Assembly: GCA_964544225.1 (NCBI GenBank)
Contig: CAZIZK010000001.1
Span: 271,477-335,476, forward strand
DNA from: an uncultured Candidatus Saccharibacteria bacterium
Lineage (GTDB): Bacteria > Patescibacteriota > Minisyncoccia > Phycocordibacterales > UBA9973
DNA: 64,000 bases
Reading direction: 5' to 3'
The notes under the pieces are model-generated. The model worked only from the letters and a program-made list of their open reading frames with translations, was not told the origin of the DNA and did no database searches. Each line of letters begins with the position of its first letter. Position 1 is the stretch's first letter. Shown in pieces: positions 8,864 through 18,909 of this stretch. The position numbers and the translations under genes are program-made.

Positions 8864-10150
8864 ATGGATAAAATCAAAAATATTTTAGAACAAACAAAGA
8901 GCAAGGCCAAAACTTGGTCAATCCGTAGAAAAGTTTTCTACGGATTTCTACTGGTAATAGCGATACTTTTATTAATAAAGGTTTTTGGTGGTAGCACGAG
9001 CCAGACGTATGTTTTCGATAGTGTTGTCCGTACTGATTTGTTGCAGAGCGTGAAGGCAACAGGCAGGGTAACTTCAAAGACTGACTTGTCACTGTCATTT
9101 AATTCATCGGGTGTGGTGAAGTCTGTTCGAGTTGAGGTAGGGAGCAAGGTATATCAGGGCCAAATACTTGCAACTCTCGACCAAGGAGCAGAGTCTGCTG
9201 ACGTAACTGTAGCTCGTGGCGCACTTGCTTCCGCCCAGGCAAAGTACAACAAGACTATTAGTGCTTATACAAATGAAGACATAGCTCTTACTCGAGTATT
9301 GTTAGACAATGCAAAGAAGGCTTATGACACAACTGTAGCTGAGCAGAACTCAATTGTAGAAAAATATTTTAATGAATTTTGGAAACAAAACGTAGACAAA
9401 CGTTATGTAGGTGCATACGATGAAGTAAGTAATGCTGAAAAGGCTCGTGATTCTGCTGTAGCCTCTGCTCAGGCATTGGTTGACCAACGCCAGGCTGAGC
9501 TCAATGTAAAGCTGGCATCTGCCAATAGTGCCGACGTTGCACTTGCAAATGCCGAGATAACTCAAGCCCAAGGCAAGCTAGAAGCAGCCCTTGCAAAGCT
9601 CGAGGACACAATCATCCGTGCTCCTGCAAACGGTACTATAACCAAAGTTGATACAAAGATCGGTGAATTATCACAAGTAAATACAGAAGTGATAGTCCTA
9701 CAAGATATATCTAATTTGTATATTGAGTCCGATATTAACGAAGCCAATATTGCCAATGTAAAGTTGGACCAAGTTGCAAAGTTTAGCTTCGACGCAATGC
9801 CAGGCAAAGATTTTATAGGTAAAGTGGTGCATATTGACCCATCTGCTACAACATCAGACGGTGTAGTGAACTACAAGATCAAGTCATCTATCCCAAAAAG
9901 TGATGTCGACATCCGTGTCGGTATGAATGCCAATGTAGTCGTGATAGGCGGGGAGAAGCCGGGGGTACTAGCCCTACCAAAACAAGCTGTAAATGTTGTT
10001 GATGGTAAGAGTATGGTAAAGAAAGTTCTAAATGAAAAGAAGAAAACATTTCAGGATACAGAGGTGGTTACAGGCTTTCTGGGTGATGGTAACTTGATCG
10101 AGATAGTGAGTGGTCTGAATGAAGGTGACCGCATCACTTATACAAAATAA
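8864..10150 (+). CDS. Efflux transporter periplasmic adaptor subunit (HlyD/MacA family)
   Basis: N-terminal transmembrane anchor, long coiled-coil region and beta-barrel/lipoyl-like regions. It is followed by an FtsX-type permease and an ABC ATPase in a MacAB-like arrangement. Confidence 0.75.
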   Translation: MDKIKNILEQTKSKAKTWSIRRKVFYGFLLVIAILLLIKVFGGSTSQTYVFDSVVRTDLLQSVKATGRVTSKTDLSLSFNSSGVVKSVRVEVGSKVYQGQILATLDQGAESADVTVARGALASAQAKYNKTISAYTNEDIALTRVLLDNAKKAYDTTVAEQNSIVEKYFNEFWKQNVDKRYVGAYDEVSNAEKARDSAVASAQALVDQRQAELNVKLASANSADVALANAEITQAQGKLEAALAKLEDTIIRAPANGTITKVDTKIGELSQVNTEVIVLQDISNLYIESDINEANIANVKLDQVAKFSFDAMPGKDFIGKVVHIDPSATTSDGVVNYKIKSSIPKSDVDIRVGMNANVVVIGGEKPGVLALPKQAVNVVDGKSMVKKVLNEKKKTFQDTEVVTGFLGDGNLIEIVSGLNEGDRITYTK

Positions 10151-10156
10151 TTTATT

Positions 10157-11431
10157 ATGAATAAAGTTTTAAAGGAAAATTCTTTCTCGCGCAATATTAG
10201 CGTTGGTTGGTTCTTGGCCAAGCGCGATATTCGTCGTGCCAATACATGGACTACGATACTGATCGTTGCAGTGATGACATTTACTTTTCTGAACTTAGTG
10301 GTTGTGTCGGGGATATTGATAGGACTTATCCAGGGGTCCGAAGATGCCCAGAAGCGCTATGCAATAGGGGACATAGTTATATCATCATTCTTGAATCGCT
10401 CATATATCGAGCAGACTCCACAAGTGGTAGATGTAGTGAAGACTATTCCAGGGTACAAGAACCATACAGTTCGCTATGGAGGCTCAGCTTTTGTGCAGAG
10501 TGATTATAGAAGTACCATAAAGCCGGGGGAGACACGCAATGGTGCCAATGGATCGCTCTTAGGTATAGACCCAATACAAGAGGAAAAATTTTCTGGAGTT
10601 TCCAAGTTCGTAATTCGTGGTAGTTACCTGCGCCCCGAAGACCAAGACAGCATACTGATAGGCAAGAACTTGTTATACGAATTTACTCCTATCGAGGCCC
10701 CAGGTTTTCAAACACTGAAGAATGTAGAGGTTGGATCTCGGATCAAGATATCTGTGGGCGATGTATCAAAGGAATATTTTGTAAAAGGTATTATATCTAG
10801 CAAGGTGGACGAGTTCGACACATCTATTGTGGCACTCGATTCAGAAGTTCGTAAACTCACAGGCCGTGGCGACTTGAATGCTAGCACCATAGCTATCCAA
10901 TTATTGCCTGGCACCGATCTTGCCTTTGCAAAGAACTTCCTGATCAATAATGATGTGGATAAATACGCTCGTGTACAAACAGCCGAGGAGGCCTTCCCTA
11001 AATTCCTAAAGGATATAAAGAACACTTTTGGAATATTGGGTAACGCTATTTCAGGTATTGGCCTGGTTGTTGCATCTATCACAATATTTATCGTTATATT
11101 TGTGAACGCTATTACCCGTCGCCGATACATAGGTATATTGAAGGGTATAGGTATTAATAGGAAGGCCATACTTTATTCATACGTTTACCAGGCTGTGATA
11201 TATGCATTACTCGGTGTAGCTATCGGCATGATACTTGTCTTTGGATTTATCAAGCCATACTTTGTAACCAACCCTATTAACTTCCCATTTTCTGACGGTA
11301 TACTAGTGGCTACACTTTCTGGTACGTTGTGGCGTGGGTTGATACTACTGATTACTACCATGATCGCTGGATTCATCCCCGCAAAGATAGTTATAAAGCA
11401 GAACACATTAAGTGCAATATTAGGAAGATAA
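10157..11431 (+). CDS. ABC transporter permease (FtsX/MacB-like)
   Basis: N-terminal transmembrane helix, large periplasmic domain and three C-terminal transmembrane helices. Operon context with the adaptor and ATPase. Confidence 0.75.
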   Translation: MNKVLKENSFSRNISVGWFLAKRDIRRANTWTTILIVAVMTFTFLNLVVVSGILIGLIQGSEDAQKRYAIGDIVISSFLNRSYIEQTPQVVDVVKTIPGYKNHTVRYGGSAFVQSDYRSTIKPGETRNGANGSLLGIDPIQEEKFSGVSKFVIRGSYLRPEDQDSILIGKNLLYEFTPIEAPGFQTLKNVEVGSRIKISVGDVSKEYFVKGIISSKVDEFDTSIVALDSEVRKLTGRGDLNASTIAIQLLPGTDLAFAKNFLINNDVDKYARVQTAEEAFPKFLKDIKNTFGILGNAISGIGLVVASITIFIVIFVNAITRRRYIGILKGIGINRKAILYSYVYQAVIYALLGVAIGMILVFGFIKPYFVTNPINFPFSDGILVATLSGTLWRGLILLITTMIAGFIPAKIVIKQNTLSAILGR

Positions 11432-11438
11432 AATATTT

Positions 11439-12116
11439 ATGATAGAAGTAAAAAATTTAACTAAAAAGTTTCAGAATGGTGATCAACTAATTGTTGCTTT
11501 GAATAATGTTAGCTTTTCTGTACCAGAAGGGCAGTTCCTAACAGTGTCTGGTAAATCAGGATCTGGTAAGTCTACATTGCTTTATCAGATGGGTCTACTG
11601 GACATGCCATCTGGTGGGCAAGTTTTAATAGACGGAACTGACTTTGTACAAATGCCCGAGAACGACAGGACTCTGACACGCCTAAATGACTTGGGTTATA
11701 TATTCCAAGACTATGCGATACTACCATCATTAACCGCACTGGAAAATACGGTATTACCACTTCTAATGCAAGGTTACGATATAAAAGAGGCCGAGGAGAA
11801 GGCAACGCAGGCATTGGTAAAGCTCGGTATTTCTGACCGTATGAACAACCTACCTAGCCAGCTTTCTGGTGGCCAACAACAGCGTGTGTCTATTGCCCGT
11901 GCCATAGCCCATAACCCAAAGATAATCTTTGCCGACGAACCCACAGCGAACCTGGACTCGGAAACTTCCGAGCAGGTTATCCAAGCCTTCCTGGCACTCA
12001 ATAAAGAAGGGCAGACTATCATCATGGTGACTCACGAACCCGAGTATGCAAAGCTTGCTCACCGCACCATATTCATGACCGACGGTGCTATAACAAGTGA
12101 CATAATGAACAAATAA
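11439..12116 (+). CDS. ABC transporter ATP-binding protein
   Basis: Walker A (GKSGSGKST), ABC signature (LSGGQQQRVSIARA) and Walker B (IIFADEPT). Confidence 0.92.
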   Translation: MIEVKNLTKKFQNGDQLIVALNNVSFSVPEGQFLTVSGKSGSGKSTLLYQMGLLDMPSGGQVLIDGTDFVQMPENDRTLTRLNDLGYIFQDYAILPSLTALENTVLPLLMQGYDIKEAEEKATQALVKLGISDRMNNLPSQLSGGQQQRVSIARAIAHNPKIIFADEPTANLDSETSEQVIQAFLALNKEGQTIIMVTHEPEYAKLAHRTIFMTDGAITSDIMNK

Positions 12117-12150
12117 AAATCCCCATTCCATTTCTAGAAGGGGATTTTGA
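12115..12150. terminator. Bidirectional rho-independent terminator between convergent genes
   Basis: aaaatcccc-attccatttctagaa-ggggatttt. Confidence 0.65.
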
Positions 12151-12170
12151 ATATTGTTTACAAGGCCTAA

Positions 12171-13598
12171 CTACGACCGATTGAATTCCAATCGCATTCC
12201 AGACTTGTCGGTGGTAATTCCACCATCTTTTTTGTTGTCATAAACCATTTCACCATTTACCCAGGTTTTTAAAACCTTTGCAGATAACTGAGTGTTATAA
12301 AGAGGGCTCCAGGCACATTTGTATAGGATGTTTTCCGAAGAAACTCTCCATGACTCTTTCATGTCCACTAAAACCAAGTCTGCCCAGTATCCCTCAGTAA
12401 TGTATCCACGATCTTTGACCTGGAAACATATAGCAGGATTGTGACACATCTTCTGTACAACTTCTTGAAGTTTTATTTCACCAAGGTTTGCTAAATGTAA
12501 CATTACCGGTAGGGTATGCTGTACAAGCGGTGCACCAGATGGACTTGCGTAACCCATCTGTTTTTCTTCCCACGTGTGTGGGGCATGGTCGCTGGCTATC
12601 ACATCTATGTAATCCTGCCTCACTGCTTGCATAAGCAATTTTCTTCCAAAGTTATCCAATTTTACTGCAGGGTTCCATTTTATCAGTGTTTCCAAACGGT
12701 CATAATCTTCTACTGTGAAATACAGATGGTGAACGCAGGCTTCTGCTGTAATACGCTTATCTTTTAAAGGGATATCGTTTTTAAACAAACTGTAAGCTTC
12801 TTCTGTGGAAGAAATATGTAATACATGCAATCTTGTATTAAACTTCTTTGCAAGATGGGTTGCGAATTTGGATGACAGATAGCATGCTTCTGTACTCCTA
12901 ATTATTGGATGCATTTGCACGGGAATGTTTTCTATCATAAAGAATTCTTTTAATACCTTTTCCGTATTCCTTTTAATAGTAGCTTCGTCCTCGCAATGTG
13001 TGGCGATGAGCATAGGGGAGTTTGCAAAAATGTTTTCCAATGTTTGAGGGCTGTCTACTAGCATGTTACCTGTAGATGAACCCATAAATATTTTCAAACC
13101 ACACACATCATGCATGTGTTCATTTGCTACACGTAGTGCAAGATCTGCATTGTCGTTGCTTACTCCCATATAGAATGAGTAATTTGCCACAGAATTCCTA
13201 GAAGCAATTGCATATTTTTCTTCAAGCAGTGCTTCTGTTAAGGTTTGTGGAACTGTGTTTGGCATTTCCATAAATGAGGTGACTCCACCGGCAACTGCTG
13301 CCCGGCTTTCTGTGTAGATATCTGCTTTGTTGGTAAGACCTGGTTCACGAAAGTGAACTTGATCATCAATTACTCCAGGAAGGAGGTACTTACCCTTGCA
13401 ATCAATTATCTTAACTGATTTAGGTACTTCTTCTGAAGATTGCATTAATTTTGCAATTCTTCCATTTTCGATTAGCAAGGAACCTTCGAAGATTCCATTT
13501 CCGTTTACAATGCGTGCATTGATCAATAAAATTTTGTTCATGGTTTGGTTTTTAATTTTGTTTGTGCTCATATTAGGTCTTTTTAGACTAAAATGCAA
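12171..13598 (-). CDS. Cyclic amidohydrolase, dihydroorotase-like (PyrC/allantoinase family)
   Basis: Metal-binding signature GVIDDQVHFREPG and overall length match the multifunctional-type dihydroorotase/allantoinase family. The true start may be the internal Met (MNKILLINARIV). It sits divergent to a pyrD-like gene. Confidence 0.7.
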   Translation of the reverse strand: MHFSLKRPNMSTNKIKNQTMNKILLINARIVNGNGIFEGSLLIENGRIAKLMQSSEEVPKSVKIIDCKGKYLLPGVIDDQVHFREPGLTNKADIYTESRAAVAGGVTSFMEMPNTVPQTLTEALLEEKYAIASRNSVANYSFYMGVSNDNADLALRVANEHMHDVCGLKIFMGSSTGNMLVDSPQTLENIFANSPMLIATHCEDEATIKRNTEKVLKEFFMIENIPVQMHPIIRSTEACYLSSKFATHLAKKFNTRLHVLHISSTEEAYSLFKNDIPLKDKRITAEACVHHLYFTVEDYDRLETLIKWNPAVKLDNFGRKLLMQAVRQDYIDVIASDHAPHTWEEKQMGYASPSGAPLVQHTLPVMLHLANLGEIKLQEVVQKMCHNPAICFQVKDRGYITEGYWADLVLVDMKESWRVSSENILYKCAWSPLYNTQLSAKVLKTWVNGEMVYDNKKDGGITTDKSGMRLEFNRS

Positions 13599-13654
13599 GG
13601 GGATTGTATGTTTGTCAAATACCTGCTAAACTTCGGAAAAACAAATAAATAGTT

Positions 13655-14707
13655 ATGGAAAAGACACAAAACCACTTCGTTTCGCCGGTGATAGCATCAT
13701 CTGGCATGATGGGTTTCTTTGGTGAGGGGTATCCTTATCACAAGTACCTATACCCATTTAAATTAGCATTTAGATTGATCACCTTTCAGTCCAAGACCGC
13801 AACTGCTGATATTGATGGCAGGCTAGGTAATATGGATATGGAAGAAGATTGGCTTACGCCAAAAAACTTCCAACCTAATTGTATTAGTGCAGATCTTTGG
13901 CATGCCGTTGGAGTAAACAATATTTCCCTGACCAACATGGGTCTGAAAAAACTTTTGGAAAAAGATATCTGGCAAAGTATGGAAGGCGAGGTTCACATAT
14001 CCATTACGCTTCTTGGCAAAACTTTGGAAGAAAGAATGGAGGAAGCTCATTTTATCGCAAAGTGTTTTATGGATGAAATTAAAAAAGGAGGTTTCAAGAA
14101 AGCCAAAGTGTTCCTGCATTGGAATATTTCGTGCCCAAACACTGGGCATGATGCACAGCAGGATTTTTTGGAAAGCTTTCATGATGAGTATCTGATGCTC
14201 GCCCAGATAGGGTGGCCTATCATGTTGAAAGTGGGGTGGCAGTTTCCATTTGAAGTTGCAAGGGAGATTCAAAAACTAGATAGAATATATGGCTTTGTTG
14301 CTATAAATACTATCCCTTTTGATGAATTACCTGAAGAGGATAAGGAGAAATATTTCAAAAGCAAACGTAAAGTTTTAGCTATTGATAAATATCGTGACTC
14401 GTATATAAAAAGGGAGTATGTGTCTCCATTAGATAAACACCAAAACTCCTTTCGTGTAAAAGGTCGCGGTGGTGTATCTGGCAGGCCTATCCGTAAATAC
14501 GCACTTGAATGGATCAAAACTGCACGAAAATGTGGAATTACAAAGCCAATCGTTGGTGGTGGTGGCATCCTTAATCTGTACAATGTATGGCAGTTTAAAA
14601 AGGCTGGTGCGACAGCAATTAGCCCAGGGTCCATAACATTTTTACGACCATGGAATCTACTATTAGTTGTTCTAACTGCAAAGTTTTTGTTCCGTAAGGG
14701 ACATTAA
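13655..14707 (+). CDS. Dihydroorotate dehydrogenase-like TIM-barrel oxidoreductase (class 1 PyrD-like, divergent)
   Basis: SPVIASSGMMG (class-1 N-terminal motif), NISCPNTGHD (class 1A active-site Cys motif, compare NLSCPN) and C-terminal IVGGGGI FMN-binding motif. Confidence 0.6.
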   Translation: MEKTQNHFVSPVIASSGMMGFFGEGYPYHKYLYPFKLAFRLITFQSKTATADIDGRLGNMDMEEDWLTPKNFQPNCISADLWHAVGVNNISLTNMGLKKLLEKDIWQSMEGEVHISITLLGKTLEERMEEAHFIAKCFMDEIKKGGFKKAKVFLHWNISCPNTGHDAQQDFLESFHDEYLMLAQIGWPIMLKVGWQFPFEVAREIQKLDRIYGFVAINTIPFDELPEEDKEKYFKSKRKVLAIDKYRDSYIKREYVSPLDKHQNSFRVKGRGGVSGRPIRKYALEWIKTARKCGITKPIVGGGGILNLYNVWQFKKAGATAISPGSITFLRPWNLLLVVLTAKFLFRKGH

Positions 14708-14731
14708 TTTAAATTTTAAAAATTGATTTTC

Positions 14732-14760
14732 AAAAGGCTCAGGAAACTGGGCCTTTTATT
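14732..14760 (+). terminator. Rho-independent terminator (GNRA-type tetraloop)
   Basis: aaaaggctcag-gaaa-ctgggcctttt after the stop at 14707. Confidence 0.6.
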
Positions 14761-14828
14761 TATGGTATAATAGACCTACAAGACAACATTATTAGTAATA
14801 AAATGGCGATTGGTTCGTCAATAACAAT

Positions 14829-15623
14829 ATGGAAACACTTACAACAAATAAGAAATTTATAAAGGTATGTACAATACTAGGCGGATTGCTCGCTTTGTTT
14901 GTACTAATATTAATAATCAATGGGTTAAAGGAAAGTCGCTATATAGGCCATGGTCAGGGTGGGGTAAACACTATCACTGTATCTGCCGATGCTGACATAA
15001 CTGCTGTACCAGATATTGCTGTAATAACAGTAAATCTAGAGAAAGAGGGCAAGACTTCAAAGGAGGCAAGTGCAAGCTTGAATACTTTGATCACAAAGAC
15101 TATGGATTATTTAAAATCTCAAAAGATCGAGGACAAGGATATAAAGAGTGAATACGGTGGAGTAACACCAAAATATGATTATGGTCAGGCACCTTGTTTG
15201 GTTGGTTACCCATGTCCTACTAAGTCACCAAGTATAGTAGGGTACACAGCAACACAATCTATCACTATAAAGGTTCGTGTCGCTGACAATGCAAACGAAG
15301 TTCGCACAGGTTTGTCTGGTGTTGGTATCACCAATATTTCTGGACCTACATTCTCTATCGATGATGAGGATATGCTAAAGGATCAGGCTCGTGCAAAGGC
15401 TATAGTAAATGCCAGGGAGAAGGCGGAAGTATTAGCAAAGCAACTAGGTGTGCACTTAGGCAATGTTGTTAGCTTCTCTGAAAACTCTGGAGGCTACCCT
15501 ATGATGTATGCCACAAAGGCTATGGATGGCGGTGTTTCAGCTATGGCAGAACGTGCACCAGAATTACCAAAGGGCGAGAATAAGATCACTTCAAACGTAA
15601 CTATTACTTACGAAATACGCTAG
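14829..15623 (+). CDS. SIMPL-domain (DUF541) secreted/periplasmic protein
   Basis: N-terminal signal/anchor, then ITVSADADITAVPDIAVITVNLEKEGKTSKEA, typical of the SIMPL/YggE family. Confidence 0.6.
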   Translation: METLTTNKKFIKVCTILGGLLALFVLILIINGLKESRYIGHGQGGVNTITVSADADITAVPDIAVITVNLEKEGKTSKEASASLNTLITKTMDYLKSQKIEDKDIKSEYGGVTPKYDYGQAPCLVGYPCPTKSPSIVGYTATQSITIKVRVADNANEVRTGLSGVGITNISGPTFSIDDEDMLKDQARAKAIVNAREKAEVLAKQLGVHLGNVVSFSENSGGYPMMYATKAMDGGVSAMAERAPELPKGENKITSNVTITYEIR

Positions 15624-15729
15624 ATCAGTCACAAGTTACCCCGCCTACGGCGGGGTTGACTTATGGGTGATATTTGGGTAGTATATCTATATATACGCCC
15701 GCAGGGTGTTTTTTAATATAAACAAACAT

Positions 15730-15915
15730 ATGAGTAAAACAATAGAATTTCTAAAGGAGACAAAGGCCGAAATGAGTAATGTGAAGTGGCCATCAAAGAA
15801 ACAATCAATCACTTCTACAGTGGCTGTTATTGCTATATCTGTTATTGTTTCTTATTTTCTTGGCTTTTTTGACTTTATATTCAAGACAGGTTTGGAACGT
15901 TTACTTACTAAATAA
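15730..15915 (+). CDS. secE: Preprotein translocase subunit SecE
   Basis: Short single-transmembrane protein (KWPSKKQSITSTVAVIAISVIVSYFLGFFDF) directly upstream of nusG in the conserved secE-nusG-rplK order. Confidence 0.75.
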   Translation: MSKTIEFLKETKAEMSNVKWPSKKQSITSTVAVIAISVIVSYFLGFFDFIFKTGLERLLTK

Positions 15916-15931
15916 CCCAAATTAATTTTAT

Positions 15932-16477
15932 ATGGCAAAACAAGAATTAAGAGGCGAGAGGAATTGGTACGCAATACACACATATGCAGGGTATGAAAAT
16001 GCGGTTCTTCGTAATCTTCGTCAACGTATCGATAGCCTAGGTATGAACGACAAGATATTCAATGTTATCGTTCCTACAGAAAAGAAGATCAAGATCAAGG
16101 GTAACAAGAGGGTAGAGGTAGAGGAAAAGGTGTACCCAGGTTATATCCTCGTAGACATGATAGTGGACGACAACTCTTGGTATGTAGTTCGTAACACACC
16201 TCGTGTTACAGGGTTCGTAGGTGCAGGTGTTAACCCAGTGCCACTAAACAAGCAGGAGGTAGACGACCTATTTGGCCGTATGGAGGGCAATGAAGCAAAG
16301 CATCAGATCGATCTTGTTATAGAGGAAATAGTTCGTATCAACGATGGCCCATTCAAGGACTTGGAAGGCAAGGTATCAGAGATAGATCAGGATCGTGGTA
16401 AGGTAAAAGTATTGGTATCAATGTTCGGACGCGAGACACCAGTAGAGCTTGATTTCCTTCAGATACGCAAGATGTAA
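15932..16477 (+). CDS. nusG: Transcription antitermination factor NusG
   Basis: NGN domain (WYAIHTYAGYENAV) and C-terminal KOW domain. Conserved context. Confidence 0.9.
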   Translation: MAKQELRGERNWYAIHTYAGYENAVLRNLRQRIDSLGMNDKIFNVIVPTEKKIKIKGNKRVEVEEKVYPGYILVDMIVDDNSWYVVRNTPRVTGFVGAGVNPVPLNKQEVDDLFGRMEGNEAKHQIDLVIEEIVRINDGPFKDLEGKVSEIDQDRGKVKVLVSMFGRETPVELDFLQIRKM

Positions 16478-16560
16478 ATACCGGACTACCCACTTATAAG
16501 CTTCTCATTAAGTTGGTAGATTGATAAAGTAAAATTATAATTTAAATTTTTAAAAAATAT

Positions 16561-16986
16561 ATGGCAAAGAAAGTAATAAAGAAAGTAAAACTTCAGATCC
16601 AGGCCGCAAAGGCAACTCCTGCGCCACCACTAGGTCCAGCACTCGGTCAGGCAGGTGTGAACATCGCAGAATTCTGTCAGAAGTTCAACGCAGCCACAGC
16701 TGACATGGCAGGTGACAAGGTAGGTGTACAGATATTCGTTTACGAAGATCGTACTTATGACTTCGTAGTGAAGACTCCACCAGTAGCAGGCCTAATATTC
16801 AAAGCAGCAGGTATCGAGAAGGGTTCAGGCAAGCCAAACACTTCAAAGGCAGGTAAGATAACAAAGGCACAAGTACGTGCTATAGCCGAGAAGAAGATGC
16901 CCGACTTGAACGCAAAGAACATCGAAGGCGCAATGAAGATCATCGAAGGTTCAGCCCGCTCAGCAGGTATTACAGTAGTAGAATAG
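16561..16986 (+). CDS. rplK: 50S ribosomal protein L11
   Basis: [27 protein letters not shown] is the conserved L11 N-terminal domain. Confidence 0.95.
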   Translation: MAKKVIKKVKLQIQAAKATPAPPLGPALGQAGVNIAEFCQKFNAATADMAGDKVGVQIFVYEDRTYDFVVKTPPVAGLIFKAAGIEKGSGKPNTSKAGKITKAQVRAIAEKKMPDLNAKNIEGAMKIIEGSARSAGITVVE

Positions 16987-16995
16987 TTTACATAA

Positions 16996-17034
16996 AAATA
17001 AAATCCCGACATTGTGTCGGGATTTTATTTTGTT
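16996..17034. terminator. Bidirectional terminator after rplK
   Basis: aaaatcccgac-attgt-gtcgggatttta. Confidence 0.65.
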
Positions 17035-18268
17035 AGAATTTTAATGTAGCAAAGTAGTCATCTAGCGTTTCTGCTCGTCGGATTAATTTAATCTCCTTAT
17101 TTTCTTTTAGAAGAATTTCAGCACTGCGTAATGTTGCATTATAGTTAAATCCCATCGAATGGCCATGAGCTCCTGTATCATGTATCACTACAATGTCACC
17201 GATTTCTATTTTTGGTAGGGGCCGATTAATCGCAAATTTGTCATTGTTTTCACACAGTGACCCTGTTACATCATATGTTTCTGTATGAGGTATGTCTTCT
17301 TTACCAAGAACTGTTATATGGTGATATGATCCATACATACCAGGGCGCATTAGGTTTGCCATAGTAGCATCAAGTCCAACATACTTTTTATAAATATCTT
17401 TTTTGTGTATAACAGTACTTATTAGGTATCCATGTGGGCCTGTAATATACCGGCCACACTCCATAAATAGTGCGAGTGGTGGTAGACCACTTCCAATTAT
17501 TTTTTCTTCATAGATATTTTTAATACCTTGGGCCAATTTATCAATATCTATTTCCTCCTCGTCTGGCTGATAGGGGATACCAATACCACCCCCGAGGTTT
17601 ATAAATTCAAAATTTATTCCTACACTTTTGCTTATTTCGGAAGCCAGGTCGAAAATCATCTCGGCTGTTTTCAAGAAATACTTTTCATTTAATTCATTTG
17701 ATGCCACCATTGCATGAAGTCCAAATCTTTTTACACCCTTTTCCTTCATTGTTTTGTATGCTAAAAATATTTGGTCTTTTGTAAGGCCAAATTTTGCTTC
17801 CTTTGGTTCACCTATGATTGTATTGCCATGTCTCTCTTCACCAGGGTTGTATCTAAAGGAAATAATATCTGGAATTCCTGCATTTATTTCCAGATATTCT
17901 ATATGTGAAATATCATCTAGGTTTATTATTGCCCCAAGTTCTTTTGCCTTTTGGTATTCTTCTTTAGGAGTGTTATTCGAGGTAAACATAATGTTTTTAC
18001 CTAATACTCCCACTTTTTCTGCAAGCACTAATTCACCCATAGAGCTTGTGTCGAGCCCGCAACCTTCACTCTTTAAAATTTCTAATATATTCGGATTTGG
18101 TAATGCTTTGACGGCAAAATATTCCCGGAAACCTTCGTTCCAGGAAAACGCGTTCAATAATTTCTTAACAGTTTTTCGAATCCCAGCTTCATCATAAAGA
18201 TAAAACGGAGTTGGGTGTGTGGATATTATTTTTTCTATTTCTTTCTTTGTAAAAGGTAATTGTCTCAT
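17033..18268 (-). CDS. PLP-dependent decarboxylase, alanine-racemase fold (diaminopimelate/ornithine decarboxylase family, LysA-like)
   Basis: N-terminal PLP-lysine region YFAVKALPN, Gly-rich loop FINLGGGIG and C-terminal beta-domain motifs. About 410 aa. Confidence 0.65.
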   Translation of the reverse strand: MRQLPFTKKEIEKIISTHPTPFYLYDEAGIRKTVKKLLNAFSWNEGFREYFAVKALPNPNILEILKSEGCGLDTSSMGELVLAEKVGVLGKNIMFTSNNTPKEEYQKAKELGAIINLDDISHIEYLEINAGIPDIISFRYNPGEERHGNTIIGEPKEAKFGLTKDQIFLAYKTMKEKGVKRFGLHAMVASNELNEKYFLKTAEMIFDLASEISKSVGINFEFINLGGGIGIPYQPDEEEIDIDKLAQGIKNIYEEKIIGSGLPPLALFMECGRYITGPHGYLISTVIHKKDIYKKYVGLDATMANLMRPGMYGSYHHITVLGKEDIPHTETYDVTGSLCENNDKFAINRPLPKIEIGDIVVIHDTGAHGHSMGFNYNATLRSAEILLKENKEIKLIRRAETLDDYFATLKF

Positions 18269-18804
18269 TAGAACTTATTTTTCCACATCATTGATTCTTT
18301 TGGCAGTGCTTCTTGGTGTGAATATTTTGCATTGTCCTTCTTGTGATATAGTCTTTCCACCTCACCATCTACAACATAATATATTACTTGGCCTATTGGC
18401 ATCCCAGCATAAACTCGTACGGGGATAGATGTAGATATTTCCAGTGTCCAGTATCCGCAGAAACCCACATCACCCTTACCAGCTGTGGCATGGATATCGA
18501 TACCTAGGCGTCCAGTAGAGGATTTACCCTCTAGGAACGGTACATGCTTGTGACTCTCGGTATATTCAAATGTAGAGCCCAGGTATAATTGACCTGGTTG
18601 CAATACAAAGCCTTCTTCAGGGATCTCAAAGTGTCTAACTTCATTGTGCTTCTTTGCATCGAGTTCTGTGTCTATGTATTGGGCTAGGTGTTTAGAAAGG
18701 TGTACATCGTATGAGTTGCCACCCATGTTGGAAATATCAAATGGCTCTATCTTTATCTCACCATTCTCCATGCACTCTAGTATCTTTTTGTCTGAAAGTA
18801 TCAT
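18268..18804 (-). CDS. dcd: dCTP deaminase
   Basis: GKSSTGRLGI motif and dUTPase-like fold motifs. It sits in a thyA-folA-dcd cluster. Confidence 0.85.
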   Translation of the reverse strand: MILSDKKILECMENGEIKIEPFDISNMGGNSYDVHLSKHLAQYIDTELDAKKHNEVRHFEIPEEGFVLQPGQLYLGSTFEYTESHKHVPFLEGKSSTGRLGIDIHATAGKGDVGFCGYWTLEISTSIPVRVYAGMPIGQVIYYVVDGEVERLYHKKDNAKYSHQEALPKESMMWKNKF

Positions 18805-18839
18805 AATTGTAATTGTACTTTTAAATTATTAATTTGCAA

Positions 18840-18909
18840 CCCCGTTAGAAGCCGCCCTCCTGAGTACAGGAGTGCACGGTCACCTAGGGGCGACCTGCTT
18901 CTAACGGGG
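18840..18909 (-). other. Nested inverted-repeat RNA structure in the folA-dcd intergenic region, overlapping the folA 3' end
   Basis: A 13-bp perfect outer stem (ccccgttagaagc / gcttctaacgggg) encloses a 5-bp stem (cgccc/gggcg) and a tcctg-agta-cagga hairpin. Confidence 0.35.
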
